Shown piece by piece: positions 10,757 to 21,351 of a stretch of DNA of 64,000 bases. The stretch lies in the NCBI GenBank assembly GCA_035297365.1, contig DATGZA010000015.1, positions 1-64,000 on the forward strand, read 5' to 3'. The notes under the pieces were generated by a model. That model was not told where the DNA came from. It saw only the letters and a list, made by a program, of their open reading frames with translations, and made no database searches. The stretch comes from Nitrososphaeraceae archaeon (GTDB lineage: Archaea > Thermoproteota > Nitrososphaeria > Nitrososphaerales > Nitrososphaeraceae). Position numbers and translations under genes: made by a program. Within the stretch, counting starts at the first letter, position 1. The number at the start of each line of letters is the position of its first letter.

Positions 10757-11839
10757 ATGAGGATAAAATTTGGTTTTACTCAAGGACTCAATGTAGCGAG
10801 ACTTGGCTTAGATGAAACACAAATTATTACTGCGTGCCAGATGGCTGATAGACTAGATTATGATTCCATATGGGCAATGGATCACACTAACGTTCCTCAA
10901 TGGAAAAATGCAGTCGTAAATGACGCTTGGTTATTGCTAGCAGCTATAGGTGCATTAACAAATAAAGTTGAATTAGGTACATGCGTCACAGATGCAATTA
11001 GAAGACATCCGTCTTCAATAGCTTTGGCAACCATAACCCTCGATAGAATAACTAATGGCAGAGGAATGCTTGGTATTGGTGCAGGTGAAGCTCAGAATGT
11101 TGTTGATTTTGGGATTGAATTTAATAAACCTGTTACCAAATTAAAGGAACAACTAGAACTTATTGATAAGCTCTTTCAATCCGATCCAGATAATAGAGTG
11201 GATTATGAAGGTAAATATTATAGACTAATTAATGCCTGTTTGCAAGCTAGGAGTATTCGAAAACCAAGACCTCCTATCTATATTGCTGCAGGCGCACCAA
11301 AGACACTTGAATTATGTGCCAAATATGGTGATGGTTGGATTCCAATAGGTTATACTCCTGAATTATTTAAAGCTCATGCAGATGTAATACGTGAACATGC
11401 AAAAACTTCTGGTAGAGATTTGATTGATTTCCAATTTGCAAACGATGTCGATATTTATTTTACAGACGATGGAGAAGAAGCATGGAATAAAATGAAAAAT
11501 GCTGTGAAAGTAAGTCTATACAAACCCGAATTATTGAAAGTTCATAATATTCAGCAGGATTCTGAATTTGATTTTAGAAGATACTTTACTGAATATACGA
11601 TGGATAAACCAGAACTTATGGAACAAATGAAAAAGGCTGCATTATCCATCCCAGACAGTGTAGCGAGAACTGCTATAGGAGTGGGTAAACCTGATGATGT
11701 AATTGAAATGCTAGAGCGTTTTATTAATTCTGGAGTGAATCATTTCATTATTAGGTTCTGGGGAGATGGATATTTCAAAAATATTGAGATGTTTGGTAAA
11801 AAAGTAATCCCATACTTTAGAGAACAGGAAAAGAAATAA
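10757..11839 (+). CDS. LLM-class (probably F420-dependent) oxidoreductase
   Basis: DSIWAMDH, LGTCVTD..RRHP, GRGMLGIGAGE, PPIYIAA, GDGW. Confidence 0.9.
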   Translation: MRIKFGFTQGLNVARLGLDETQIITACQMADRLDYDSIWAMDHTNVPQWKNAVVNDAWLLLAAIGALTNKVELGTCVTDAIRRHPSSIALATITLDRITNGRGMLGIGAGEAQNVVDFGIEFNKPVTKLKEQLELIDKLFQSDPDNRVDYEGKYYRLINACLQARSIRKPRPPIYIAAGAPKTLELCAKYGDGWIPIGYTPELFKAHADVIREHAKTSGRDLIDFQFANDVDIYFTDDGEEAWNKMKNAVKVSLYKPELLKVHNIQQDSEFDFRRYFTEYTMDKPELMEQMKKAALSIPDSVARTAIGVGKPDDVIEMLERFINSGVNHFIIRFWGDGYFKNIEMFGKKVIPYFREQEKK

Positions 11840-11934
11840 AATAAGGTTACACTTTTTTAATAATTTTCATTTTTTTTATCTGATATTAGTGTCTATTCAA
11901 GATCTATTTTATTAAAAAGTATAAAATAAATTTT

Positions 11935-13113
11935 TTATTTTAAAAATGAATCCAATGATCGATCTTTCTTTTCTATCATTTTTGGTCTCAAATGTTTATT
12001 TTCCTTTATCTTTTTATTTGTTCTGAAACTATCTTCTCTATATCCCTTCCTAATGGGTTCGGCATTATATCCTAAATTTATTAAAGATCTAGCGAATTCA
12101 TCTGCAAAACCATGAAAAGTAAATATTTTTTTTGGATTGCCCTTTTCAACTACATGTAACAGATCCTTGTAATCACAATGGTCACTTAAAGGCATGGCAT
12201 AATCAAGATCCATCATATATTTATAACTTGGATTACATGCCCATCCGCTAAAACCTATGGTGATAGCCTTATATTTTTCTTTAATATTTTTGAGTAATTT
12301 TGTTCTTCCGTTCATTAAAGATGATAGCATTATCCACGGTTTTTTTGACAAAGAATTATTTTTTTCTGCTTTGCCATATGTTATAACATCTCTTAAAGGT
12401 ATATTCATTTCTCTATATACGGAATTTATTGTCTCTATAGAATCGAATACATAAAAAGGATCCCAATGACTGAAAAAATCCATTAATAGTTGAGCCTTTC
12501 CAAGCGGGTATCCCATAATGATAACTGGAATTCCCTTTTCATATGCATTTGAGATAATATTGTTTGTTCGATGTATTATATCCTTTGGGTTAGGGAAAAT
12601 ATACTCAGCTTTTCCAAATGTAGACTCTATTATTAATATGTCGACTTTTGGAATCTTCTTTGATGGGTTCATAAATCCTCTTTTTCTTATAGATATGTCT
12701 CCAGTGTAATATACATCGTTATAGGCAAGTAACCCTCTTGATCCTAATATGTGACCAGTGTCTATTAATTCAAAATCTTTTTTATCATAAATCGGATTAG
12801 TAATATCATATCCTCTTGCATTTGCAATCATTTCTGTCTCTTGAGAAACTAAAGTTTCAATATTTTTTTTATTTTTTGGCTTCCTATAAACGTGATCTGA
12901 ATGAGCATGGGAAACAAATACAAAATCATGATTATTGATTTTTGTTGGATCTAGCAATATTTTTGAGTTACTATTTTCAATTGAGACACCTTCACTGGTA
13001 AACTTCACGCCAGAAACCATACTATGGATTTTTAAATCTAATATTTTAATTATTGTTTTTTCATTCATGGCATGATATAAACATCTATTTATTTTCGATG
13101 AAAATTGATTCAC
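11935..13113 (-). CDS. Metallo-beta-lactamase/beta-CASP-type nuclease (ligase-associated exonuclease-like)
   Basis: SHAHSDH, GHILGS, YTGD, ESTFG, GYPLGKAQ, SGWA, SDHCD, FHG. Confidence 0.88.
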   Translation of the reverse strand: MNQFSSKINRCLYHAMNEKTIIKILDLKIHSMVSGVKFTSEGVSIENSNSKILLDPTKINNHDFVFVSHAHSDHVYRKPKNKKNIETLVSQETEMIANARGYDITNPIYDKKDFELIDTGHILGSRGLLAYNDVYYTGDISIRKRGFMNPSKKIPKVDILIIESTFGKAEYIFPNPKDIIHRTNNIISNAYEKGIPVIIMGYPLGKAQLLMDFFSHWDPFYVFDSIETINSVYREMNIPLRDVITYGKAEKNNSLSKKPWIMLSSLMNGRTKLLKNIKEKYKAITIGFSGWACNPSYKYMMDLDYAMPLSDHCDYKDLLHVVEKGNPKKIFTFHGFADEFARSLINLGYNAEPIRKGYREDSFRTNKKIKENKHLRPKMIEKKDRSLDSFLK

Positions 13114-13827
13114 TGTTCAAATATTATCCTAATATGTAAAAAAATTGAAGAATTTTTATGTACTTTAAGTAAGACATATTAGAATGAAATTTTGTAAAAG
13201 CAAAATATGAACTGCAAACGTCAAACGATCTGCTGATTTGATACTGATAATATAGTCGTAAAATCCATTAGTGAATATGGTATTCGAATAAATAATTATA
13301 TTTACAAAGTAATAGGATACATACAATTGTAGTTAGATATTTTATATTTATATTTTCAATCTCTGAGTTTCAAATCTTACAGCTTTTAAAAATATTAGAA
13401 ATAACGGGTCTCAATTTTAGTGGAAGGGTTGAATTTTAAGGAATATATAATTAGAAAATTAGGACAGATTTGTTGTTTTTTATATTTTTATTTCACGTTT
13501 TCTCATTAAATTTGAATTAATATTAGTACAAGCACCACGAAAAGAAAACATCGATTAAAATTTTATATTGTATTTACTAAATTTTCATTTGTTATTTTCT
13601 CTACCTTAAAGGATTCGCTAAAAAGATTACGTTAGTGTTACAATGAAACACTCTTTCCCCAGTAGTTACGGTTTAAAAATTCTTTAAGCGGTAAAGATTA
13701 CTTGACTAATAGTACTGAAAATCACCATATGATTTTGTCCTAACCTGTCCTATTCTATATAGTTTACGATATCTATATAGATTATATGTAAAGAGTATAT
13801 TAAAACGAGAATGGTTATATCATACCA

Positions 13828-14025
13828 ATGAAATACCAAGAAACGTTTAACGCTGACATAAAGCAGATAAAACCAATTTCACAATCGATACTAGGCTTGC
13901 AGATAATACATTGCGATAACTGCAAAAAGGAATTAGCTTCGTACGATGTGTATACTTCCAGTAATATCGAGGGCATTCTGTTTCTAAAAAGATCTTGTGA
14001 AAACTGTCTTCCAAAACAATTCTAA
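13828..14025 (+). CDS. Small Zn-finger protein (CxxC...CxxC)
   Basis: CDNC and CENC; TATA-like element upstream. Confidence 0.7.
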   Translation: MKYQETFNADIKQIKPISQSILGLQIIHCDNCKKELASYDVYTSSNIEGILFLKRSCENCLPKQF

Positions 14026-14056
14026 TTTTTAGTTCTCAATTATTGCCAAATTATAT

Positions 14057-15067
14057 TTAATTTCCATTAATAGTTTTTATGATTACCATTACAAGTGCAG
14101 AGACTGCTGCACTAGCTGGAATAGTAATTAACCAAGCATAGACTATTTTTCTCCCAATACCCCATCTTACAGCAGAAAGTCTTCTTGTAGAACCGACACC
14201 CATTATGGCACCCGATATCGCATGCGTAGTACTCACGGGAATTCCCAGCCATGCCATTGTGGTTAGTATTGCTCCTCCTCCAGTTTCAGCACAGAATCCT
14301 TGGAATGGTTTTAGGTCGGTGATTCTGAAAGCCATAGTCTTTACTATTCTCCAGCCACCTAGAAACGTCCCCAAGGCAATAGCTGTGGCAGATACTAAAA
14401 TAACCCATGTTGGGACAACAAATGATTTAGCATCTATAAGTCCACCAGCAATTAGTAATGCTGTAATAATTCCCATTGTTTTTTGACCATCATTTGCACC
14501 ATGCGTAAGCGAAAAGAATACAGAAGAAAAGATCTGCAATTTTCCAAATACCTTATTGATTTTATAGGGTCGATATTTCCTTAAGAAATACATTATAACT
14601 ATCGCAAAAGATAAAGCAATTATGAATCCCAACATAGGTGAAACTGCCATAAAAGTAAGAACTTTTTCTATTCCGCCAAAGACAAGTGCTTGGATACCAC
14701 CAGCCACTAGTGCAGACCCAACTAAACCTCCTATTAATGCATGACTGCTAGATGATGGCAAACCAAAGTACCAGGTTAACAAATCCCATACAATAGCTCC
14801 TATAAGACCTGCAATAATTACTTCAAACGTTGAAAATTCTGGTTGTATTATTCCCTTTCCGACCGTAGCTGCAATTGCTGTACCGAATACAAAAGGACCT
14901 GCAAAGTTGGCTAGAGCAGCCATAGAAACTGCTTGAATTGGTTTAAGAACACGTGTACCTACAACTGTTGCAATCGCATTTGCAGAATCGTGAAATCCAT
15001 TTACAAAATCAAAGAATAAAGCTGTTAATATGCCACATATTAAAATTATTCCGCTATCGACTAGCAT
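14057..15067 (-). CDS. pit: Inorganic phosphate transporter (PiT family)
   Basis: NGFHDSANAIAT, GLPSSSSHALIGG, HGANDGQK, PVSTTH. Confidence 0.96.
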   Translation of the reverse strand: MLVDSGIILICGILTALFFDFVNGFHDSANAIATVVGTRVLKPIQAVSMAALANFAGPFVFGTAIAATVGKGIIQPEFSTFEVIIAGLIGAIVWDLLTWYFGLPSSSSHALIGGLVGSALVAGGIQALVFGGIEKVLTFMAVSPMLGFIIALSFAIVIMYFLRKYRPYKINKVFGKLQIFSSVFFSLTHGANDGQKTMGIITALLIAGGLIDAKSFVVPTWVILVSATAIALGTFLGGWRIVKTMAFRITDLKPFQGFCAETGGGAILTTMAWLGIPVSTTHAISGAIMGVGSTRRLSAVRWGIGRKIVYAWLITIPASAAVSALVMVIIKTINGN

Positions 15068-15100
15068 TATTCAGCAACCACCATTTTTAATCAAATCGAG

Positions 15101-15739
15101 CTATCCGTATTTCAAAGAGATATCCTCTACGATATCTGCAACATCCTGACATTTATCAAGAGATTCTTCAAGGTTATCATACACTTCTTTAAGTTTGATT
15201 ATCTCTATTGGATCATTCGTTTCAAACAATTCTGCAATCGCCTTTCTATAAATCTTGTCTGCGTCATGTTCATATTTCTTAATGTTTGCACAATGGTTGC
15301 GTAATTCTTGATGATCTTTTATTCTTTTTAACATAGTTACTAAAATATATATCTCCTGTGAAGCTGATAAAATGATTTTTCCCAATTCCAACATGTATTG
15401 AGTCGGTTTCTTTATCTTAAAAAGAACAAATCTCTCAGAAATTCCATCAACATAATCAAGAACCTCGTCTATAGAGCTGGTAAGTTTCGATATATCTTCT
15501 CTATCTATTGGAGTTACAAATGTTTGGGAAATTATGGTAAATAGCCGATGTGAAATTTCATCCCCCTTATGCTCTAATTCTCTTATTTTTTGTTTTTTTT
15601 CTTCCAGAGATTTTTCGTAATCGGTTAAAATTTCTACTAAAAGTGTGGTTGACTTAACAAGATTAGAACCTTGACTTTCCAAACTGTCAAGGATCTCCTT
15701 ATCATTTGTCCGAACCCAGGATAACCATTTATTTGACAA
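15101..15739 (-). CDS. DUF47 / PhoU-like phosphate transport regulator
   Basis: ELEHKGD, TFVTPIDREDI, EHDAD; directly upstream of pit. Confidence 0.93.
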   Translation of the reverse strand: MSNKWLSWVRTNDKEILDSLESQGSNLVKSTTLLVEILTDYEKSLEEKKQKIRELEHKGDEISHRLFTIISQTFVTPIDREDISKLTSSIDEVLDYVDGISERFVLFKIKKPTQYMLELGKIILSASQEIYILVTMLKRIKDHQELRNHCANIKKYEHDADKIYRKAIAELFETNDPIEIIKLKEVYDNLEESLDKCQDVADIVEDISLKYG

Positions 15740-16021
15740 TTAAATACGCTCTATAACAACAATATTCATTTATTTCTGTTACGATTAATAAAACTTATTT
15801 TTTCATTCTTTAGACCATATAACCTAAATTTTCAATATTTTCAGTCTTAGGAAGACTCTTGATGATTTTTACCGTACATATATTGTGTATAATTTCTACC
15901 AATAAATTTCAATCAAATAAGTTTTTACATATATACTACTCAATTTATTTACTATTTTGATTTTATCTATTGAATTCGAAACTTTTAATATATTTTCTAG
16001 CAATTATAATCTCAAAATATA

Positions 16022-16639
16022 ATGATAAATCTCGCAATCATTATTTCTGGCAGGGGCAGTAACATGAAAGCCATCCTTTCCTCTATATCTAGTGGCAATA
16101 TAAAGAATGTGAACCCGACTGTAGTTATCTCAAACAGGGAAGATGCTATTGGACTAGAGATCGCAAAAAATAATTTTAATATTCCTACAGAAATTGTTCT
16201 AGGTAATCGGAAGAAGGGATGGGATTATGATAAAGAGATAGTGTCAAAATTAAGGTCATATAACGTTCTTCCATCAAATGGATTGATTTGCCTTGCAGGA
16301 TATATGAAAATTATTAGTACGGAATTTGTAAATGAATATAAATTTAGAATAATGAATATTCATCCAGCGTTACTACCGTCATTTAGAGGATTACACGCAC
16401 AGAAACAGGCACTGGATTATGGTGTTAAAGTGTCCGGATGTACTGTTCATTTTGTTGATGATGGTGTTGATACGGGACCAATTATTCTTCAACAAGCAGT
16501 TAATATTTACACAACTGATACTGAAGACGATATTTCAAATAGGATATTAGAGTTGGAACATAAATTGTATCCTCAAGCAGTAAAGTTATTTGCAGAAAAC
16601 AAATTAAAGGTAGAAGGTAGAAAAGTAATTATTCTATAA
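16022..16639 (+). CDS. purN: Phosphoribosylglycinamide formyltransferase
   Basis: ISGRGSNM, LAGYM, NIHPALLP.F.G, GCTVHFVD.GVDTGPII. Confidence 0.97.
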   Translation: MINLAIIISGRGSNMKAILSSISSGNIKNVNPTVVISNREDAIGLEIAKNNFNIPTEIVLGNRKKGWDYDKEIVSKLRSYNVLPSNGLICLAGYMKIISTEFVNEYKFRIMNIHPALLPSFRGLHAQKQALDYGVKVSGCTVHFVDDGVDTGPIILQQAVNIYTTDTEDDISNRILELEHKLYPQAVKLFAENKLKVEGRKVIIL

Positions 16640-16686
16640 TTGAAAAGGCATTTTAAGTATGTCAAAATTATATATGCCATAATAAA

Positions 16687-16998
16687 ATGACAAGTACTAT
16701 CGGTTCATACAGTAGAATAAAACTTCATATTTTTCTTCCAAGCAATAGAAAGATTTGGACAATAGTTAGTAAAAACAATGAATATTGGTTGGATGTGGAT
16801 TTAGATTATTGTACTTGTAAATACTATTTCTTTAAAACTCTCTCTGGCAAGGAAAGGTGTATCCATTTAAAATCATTAGCTGAGGCATTAAGATTAGAAG
16901 ATTATGACATGGTAGAATTTCAAGATGATGAATATGTTGGTTTTCTTACATCCCTTCTCAAAGATGTCCTATGTTGGAACTATGCACTAAGCAGATAA
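16687..16998 (+). CDS. SWIM-type Zn-finger protein
   Basis: YCTC...CIHL (CxC-xn-CxH). Confidence 0.8.
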   Translation: MTSTIGSYSRIKLHIFLPSNRKIWTIVSKNNEYWLDVDLDYCTCKYYFFKTLSGKERCIHLKSLAEALRLEDYDMVEFQDDEYVGFLTSLLKDVLCWNYALSR

Positions 16999-17547
16999 TT
17001 TAATAAAAAAATTTTACTTAAATTTTTTTAATGTCTCACTGAATTAAGGTCGAACAACACCAATTAAAAAAAATGTTTATTTTGACCAGGTAAGAAGATA
17101 GTATCTCATTTTGAAGAGCATTTACAATATCTTTTGATCAATCACTTTGTATTTCTCTTTTGTTAAGTCAGACTGAAAATTGATTTTTTTGTTATGATTT
17201 TCAATTTTCCTCGCTTTCTGGAGGTCTTTTGAGGATTAGTTTATGAAAAACGCAAGGATAATGAAAATTAAATCTACTGTAAAATCAGTATTTTTAAAAA
17301 TATAATTTTCTACTTTTTACTTCTTACTTTCATTCTTATAAGTCAACTACCAACTAATTTTTTGTAGTTAATGACAATCGAACGTTTTTTACTTGTACAA
17401 ATATTTTTTAATCGTTAAGCTGATTTTTCATTAAATATCTTTTTTTGTGTATCCTGAAATTAAACTTTCATCATTTCAATTTTAATGGAAAAATTATGAA
17501 AATGATTATGTAACAAATATTATGTGCGATCTATTTATGAATTATAA

Positions 17548-18816
17548 TTGAACAAAAACGTATTGATCGTTGGTTCTGGAGGGAGAGAACATGCATTGGG
17601 ATGGAAACTTTCCAAGAGCAAATCAGTACAAAATGTTTTTTTCTCTCCTGGCAACGGAGGGACGTCAAAAAACCTAGAATTCAAAATTACTGATTTTGAA
17701 AAAATTAGATCGTATGCATTACAGAATGATTGTATGATTGTAGTTGGTCCAGAAGAACCTTTAACAAAGGGAATAGTTAATGAGTTGTCCAACAGTGTTA
17801 AGATATTTGGTCCAACAAAAGAGGCAGCACAGCTAGAATCAAGTAAGTCATTCGCAAAACTCTTCATGAAAAATAATAATATTCCCACTACAGATTTTTC
17901 AATCTTTACAGATCCAGAAAACGCAATAGAATACATACGTAACACTGAAAAACAATTAGTCATCAAAGCTGATGGACTAGCTGCTGGAAAAGGTGTGATC
18001 GTTTGCGATTCTCAAAGCGAGGCTATAGATGCTATCAATAGAATCATGATCAAGAAAGAATTTGGAGATTCCGGGGATAAAGTAGTGATTGAAGAAAGGA
18101 TCTATGGAAACGAAGTTTCTTTCATTGGCATTTCTGATGGAAAAAAAATTATTCCTGTTGCTACCAGTCAAGATCATAAGAGGATATATGATAATGATAA
18201 AGGCCCTAACACCGGAGGAATGGGTAGTTTTTCTCCTTCACCACTAGTTGACGACGTTCTTTTTAATGATATCATGAAAAATATTATGGAAAAGACAATT
18301 GATTCAATGCAAAATCATAACAATCCATTCAAGGGATTTCTTTATGCCGGTGTGATGATAGAAAGGGAAACATCTAAACCTTATGTTCTTGAATTTAACG
18401 CAAGAATGGGTGACCCCGAATGCCAGCCTATAATGATGCGCATGAAATCAGATTTATATGAATATCTTGATGCTTCAATAGATGAAAATTTGGATCTATT
18501 ACCTGACATTGAGTGGTCAGAAAAGCCTGCTATATGCGTAGTTATGGCAGAGAAAGGATATCCGATAAAGAACGAAAAAGGGAATGTAATTTATGGTTTG
18601 GATAGTAAATTTGATGATAATGTTATGGTATTTCATGCTGGAACTATTTTAAGGGATAATGAGGTTCTCACCAATGGTGGCAGGATTTTAGGTGTTACTG
18701 CATTAGGCGAGAATTTCAATGCAGCCAGAATGAATGCCTATTCAGCAGTAAAAATGATTCATTGGGGGCACAAATATCAGTACTATAGAAATGATATTGG
18801 AAAAAGATTCTCATAA
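17548..18816 (+). CDS. purD: Phosphoribosylamine-glycine ligase
   Basis: GSGGREHAL, VVGPE.PL, KADGLAAGKGV, QDHKR, GPNTGGMG, EFNAR.GDPE. Confidence 0.97.
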   Translation: MNKNVLIVGSGGREHALGWKLSKSKSVQNVFFSPGNGGTSKNLEFKITDFEKIRSYALQNDCMIVVGPEEPLTKGIVNELSNSVKIFGPTKEAAQLESSKSFAKLFMKNNNIPTTDFSIFTDPENAIEYIRNTEKQLVIKADGLAAGKGVIVCDSQSEAIDAINRIMIKKEFGDSGDKVVIEERIYGNEVSFIGISDGKKIIPVATSQDHKRIYDNDKGPNTGGMGSFSPSPLVDDVLFNDIMKNIMEKTIDSMQNHNNPFKGFLYAGVMIERETSKPYVLEFNARMGDPECQPIMMRMKSDLYEYLDASIDENLDLLPDIEWSEKPAICVVMAEKGYPIKNEKGNVIYGLDSKFDDNVMVFHAGTILRDNEVLTNGGRILGVTALGENFNAARMNAYSAVKMIHWGHKYQYYRNDIGKRFS

Positions 18817-19416
18817 AAATTTATTTTTTTTTCTATAGATTTTACAATAATAATTATTCTTGTTCGTTATAATGCAATCAACTTTTTGATCTAATTCATT
18901 TATGGGAATGTACTTGACTATCTGATTTTCAAAAGCTAATCCTACTATATATCCAGTATAATTCTGACCCAGAAATCTATCATAATATCCTTTGCCATAT
19001 CCAATTCTGTTGCACTCGACATCAAATGCCACCCCTGGTATTATCAAAAGATCGATTTGATCCAATTCGACTGTTGAAGCTATATTTTCCATAATACCGT
19101 ATTTACCTTGGGTAAATTCAACTTCTTCTAAATATTTTTCAATTATTTGATAAAATTTTATTTCATCATCGTTAATTACTCTTGGAAGACCAACTTTTTT
19201 TTTGTTTATTAAGGCGTCCCTTATAATCTCCAAAGTTTGTACTTCTGAACCTACTGGATAATAAACTGCAATTCGATCTGCTTTTTTGTATTCTTGCGAT
19301 TCTATTAACTTGTTAAATATTATCTTGCTGAATATAACTCGGTCTTTCTCAGATAATTGATTTCTCTTGCTTAATGTTTTTTTTCGAATTTCCTCCTTAG
19401 AAGATTGGTCTAACAT
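18811..19416 (-). CDS. 5-formyltetrahydrofolate cyclo-ligase
   Basis: IIPGVAFD...RIGYGKGYYDRFL; D..VD.IIT. Confidence 0.95.
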   Translation of the reverse strand: MLDQSSKEEIRKKTLSKRNQLSEKDRVIFSKIIFNKLIESQEYKKADRIAVYYPVGSEVQTLEIIRDALINKKKVGLPRVINDDEIKFYQIIEKYLEEVEFTQGKYGIMENIASTVELDQIDLLIIPGVAFDVECNRIGYGKGYYDRFLGQNYTGYIVGLAFENQIVKYIPINELDQKVDCIITNKNNYYCKIYRKKNKFL

Positions 19417-19440
19417 TTTTTAGTGTACACTGATAAGGTT

Positions 19441-20280
19441 CTAAAAATTTGATGCAGCTTTTATAGTGTTGTTTAATAACATTGTAATAGTCATGGGACC
19501 AACTCCTCCTGGAACTGGTGTTATCCAGGAAGCTTTTGGTGCAACTCTTTTAAAATCTGTGTCACCGATTATCTTTCCATTTTCTCTTGATATTCCGATA
19601 TCAATTATAACTACATCCTCTTTAACATGTTCTGGTTTTAGAGTAAAAAGTTTTCTATTTCCAACTGCAGTGATTATTATATCCGCCCTTCTCAATTTTT
19701 CTTCCAAATTTCTAGTTTTTGAATGACATATTGTTACGGTTGCATCCTTCTCCAATAACAGCAAAAAAAGTGGTTTTCCAACTAGAATACTTCGATTTAT
19801 AATTACGATATCTTTTCCTTTTAGTTCTATTTTGTAGTAATTAAATAATTCCATAACTCCTAAAGGTGTGCAGGGTATCAAAGATGATTTTTTGTTTAAT
19901 AGTAATCCTGCATTTTGGTATGTTAATCCATCAACATCTTTTGTAGGTTTAATTTTGTTTATTACCTCGAATTGATCTATATGACTTGGAAGAGGTAACT
20001 GTAATAATATTCCATGAACAGATGGATCATTGTTTAATGAATTTATCAATTCGATTAGTTTTTCTTCTTCAATTGCCGATGGCATAGTGTTGTCTTTAGT
20101 CTTAATTCCTAATTCAGAACATGCTTTATGTTTATTTCTAATATAAATTGCAGAAGCCTGATCATTCCCCACCAAAATAGTAGCTAAACATGGATCAATT
20201 CCTTTTTTCTTCAGAAGTTCGACTTTTTGTATTAATTCAGATTTTAATTTGGTCGAGACTTCAACTCCGCTAATAATCAT
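19441..20280 (-). CDS. folD: Methylene-THF dehydrogenase/cyclohydrolase
   Basis: GILLQLPLP, KDVDG, PCTP.G, VTICHS, ITPVPGGVGPMT. Confidence 0.97.
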   Translation of the reverse strand: MIISGVEVSTKLKSELIQKVELLKKKGIDPCLATILVGNDQASAIYIRNKHKACSELGIKTKDNTMPSAIEEEKLIELINSLNNDPSVHGILLQLPLPSHIDQFEVINKIKPTKDVDGLTYQNAGLLLNKKSSLIPCTPLGVMELFNYYKIELKGKDIVIINRSILVGKPLFLLLLEKDATVTICHSKTRNLEEKLRRADIIITAVGNRKLFTLKPEHVKEDVVIIDIGISRENGKIIGDTDFKRVAPKASWITPVPGGVGPMTITMLLNNTIKAASNF

Positions 20281-20559
20281 ATAAATTCCATAATAAAATC
20301 ACTAATTTATTTATAAATAGATATCTTGACAGAATCATTAAATATTTTGTATTTACAGATTATTCTTTAATATTTATAAGATAAATACATACTTTATTAT
20401 AATCTGTAATGTAATTTCGCCTTTTTTTAGTATCTTCGTATAAATAATAATAAATCAAAATACTACAAGTTATTGAAAGATGTCAAATGAAGATATTTTT
20501 TACTTTTATAGAATATCGGGTAAAATAATTAATAGATCAATTATTATTATATTTATGTT

Positions 20560-21342
20560 GTGACTAAGGCATATCCTATAAATCCTCATGCAGCTCTTAT
20601 TTTGGAATACATCGATAAAAGGGAAAATAAAAAAAAAATATTCATTGTACTGTCAGATCTTCATTTGGGATTTGAATCCTCTCTAATTCAGAAGGGAATT
20701 AACTTTGATTCAAATCAAATAGTAAATGATATTTTAGATGAGATTAACGAAATAAGAAAATCACAAAGAATAGATGGAATCATAATTTTAGGAGACCTCA
20801 AGAGCTCCATCACTCATATAACCAAAATTGAATGGGATATCGTTCCTTATTTTTTGGATAAATTATCAAAAGATCTAGATGTCTTCTTAATACCTGGAAA
20901 CCACGATGGAAATATCCACCTACTCGTTCCAGAATCAGTGATTACATGCAACACTAGTGGACTTATTATTGATGATACTTTGTTAATACACGGTCATACT
21001 CTTCCAAATAAAATAAAATCAAATATTAACAAAATAATAATGGGTCATCTTCATCCAATATTTATAGATCCAAAGAGTACCGTTCATGGAAAGAGAGTAT
21101 GGATATATCTTAAGGTAAAAAAAGAAATTCTTTATGGATTGAAAAAGAGCGGAATTTTGGAAATTATAATTGTTCCAACATTTAACAAATATTTTTATTC
21201 TACTGTGGTATCAACTCACAAGTTTAAGAAACCAACATCTTCTCCCTCTCCAATTATTAATTTATTTTTAGAACAAAATGCAATTTTATCTGGAATGCTA
21301 TTTACTTTGGAAGGTTCTGTTATAGGGGATGTAAAAAATTGA
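20560..21342 (+). CDS. Calcineurin-like metallophosphoesterase
   Basis: SDLHLG, LGD, GNHD, HGH, GHLHP. Confidence 0.9.
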   Translation: MTKAYPINPHAALILEYIDKRENKKKIFIVLSDLHLGFESSLIQKGINFDSNQIVNDILDEINEIRKSQRIDGIIILGDLKSSITHITKIEWDIVPYFLDKLSKDLDVFLIPGNHDGNIHLLVPESVITCNTSGLIIDDTLLIHGHTLPNKIKSNINKIIMGHLHPIFIDPKSTVHGKRVWIYLKVKKEILYGLKKSGILEIIIVPTFNKYFYSTVVSTHKFKKPTSSPSPIINLFLEQNAILSGMLFTLEGSVIGDVKN

Positions 21343-21351
21343 AAAGTTTCA

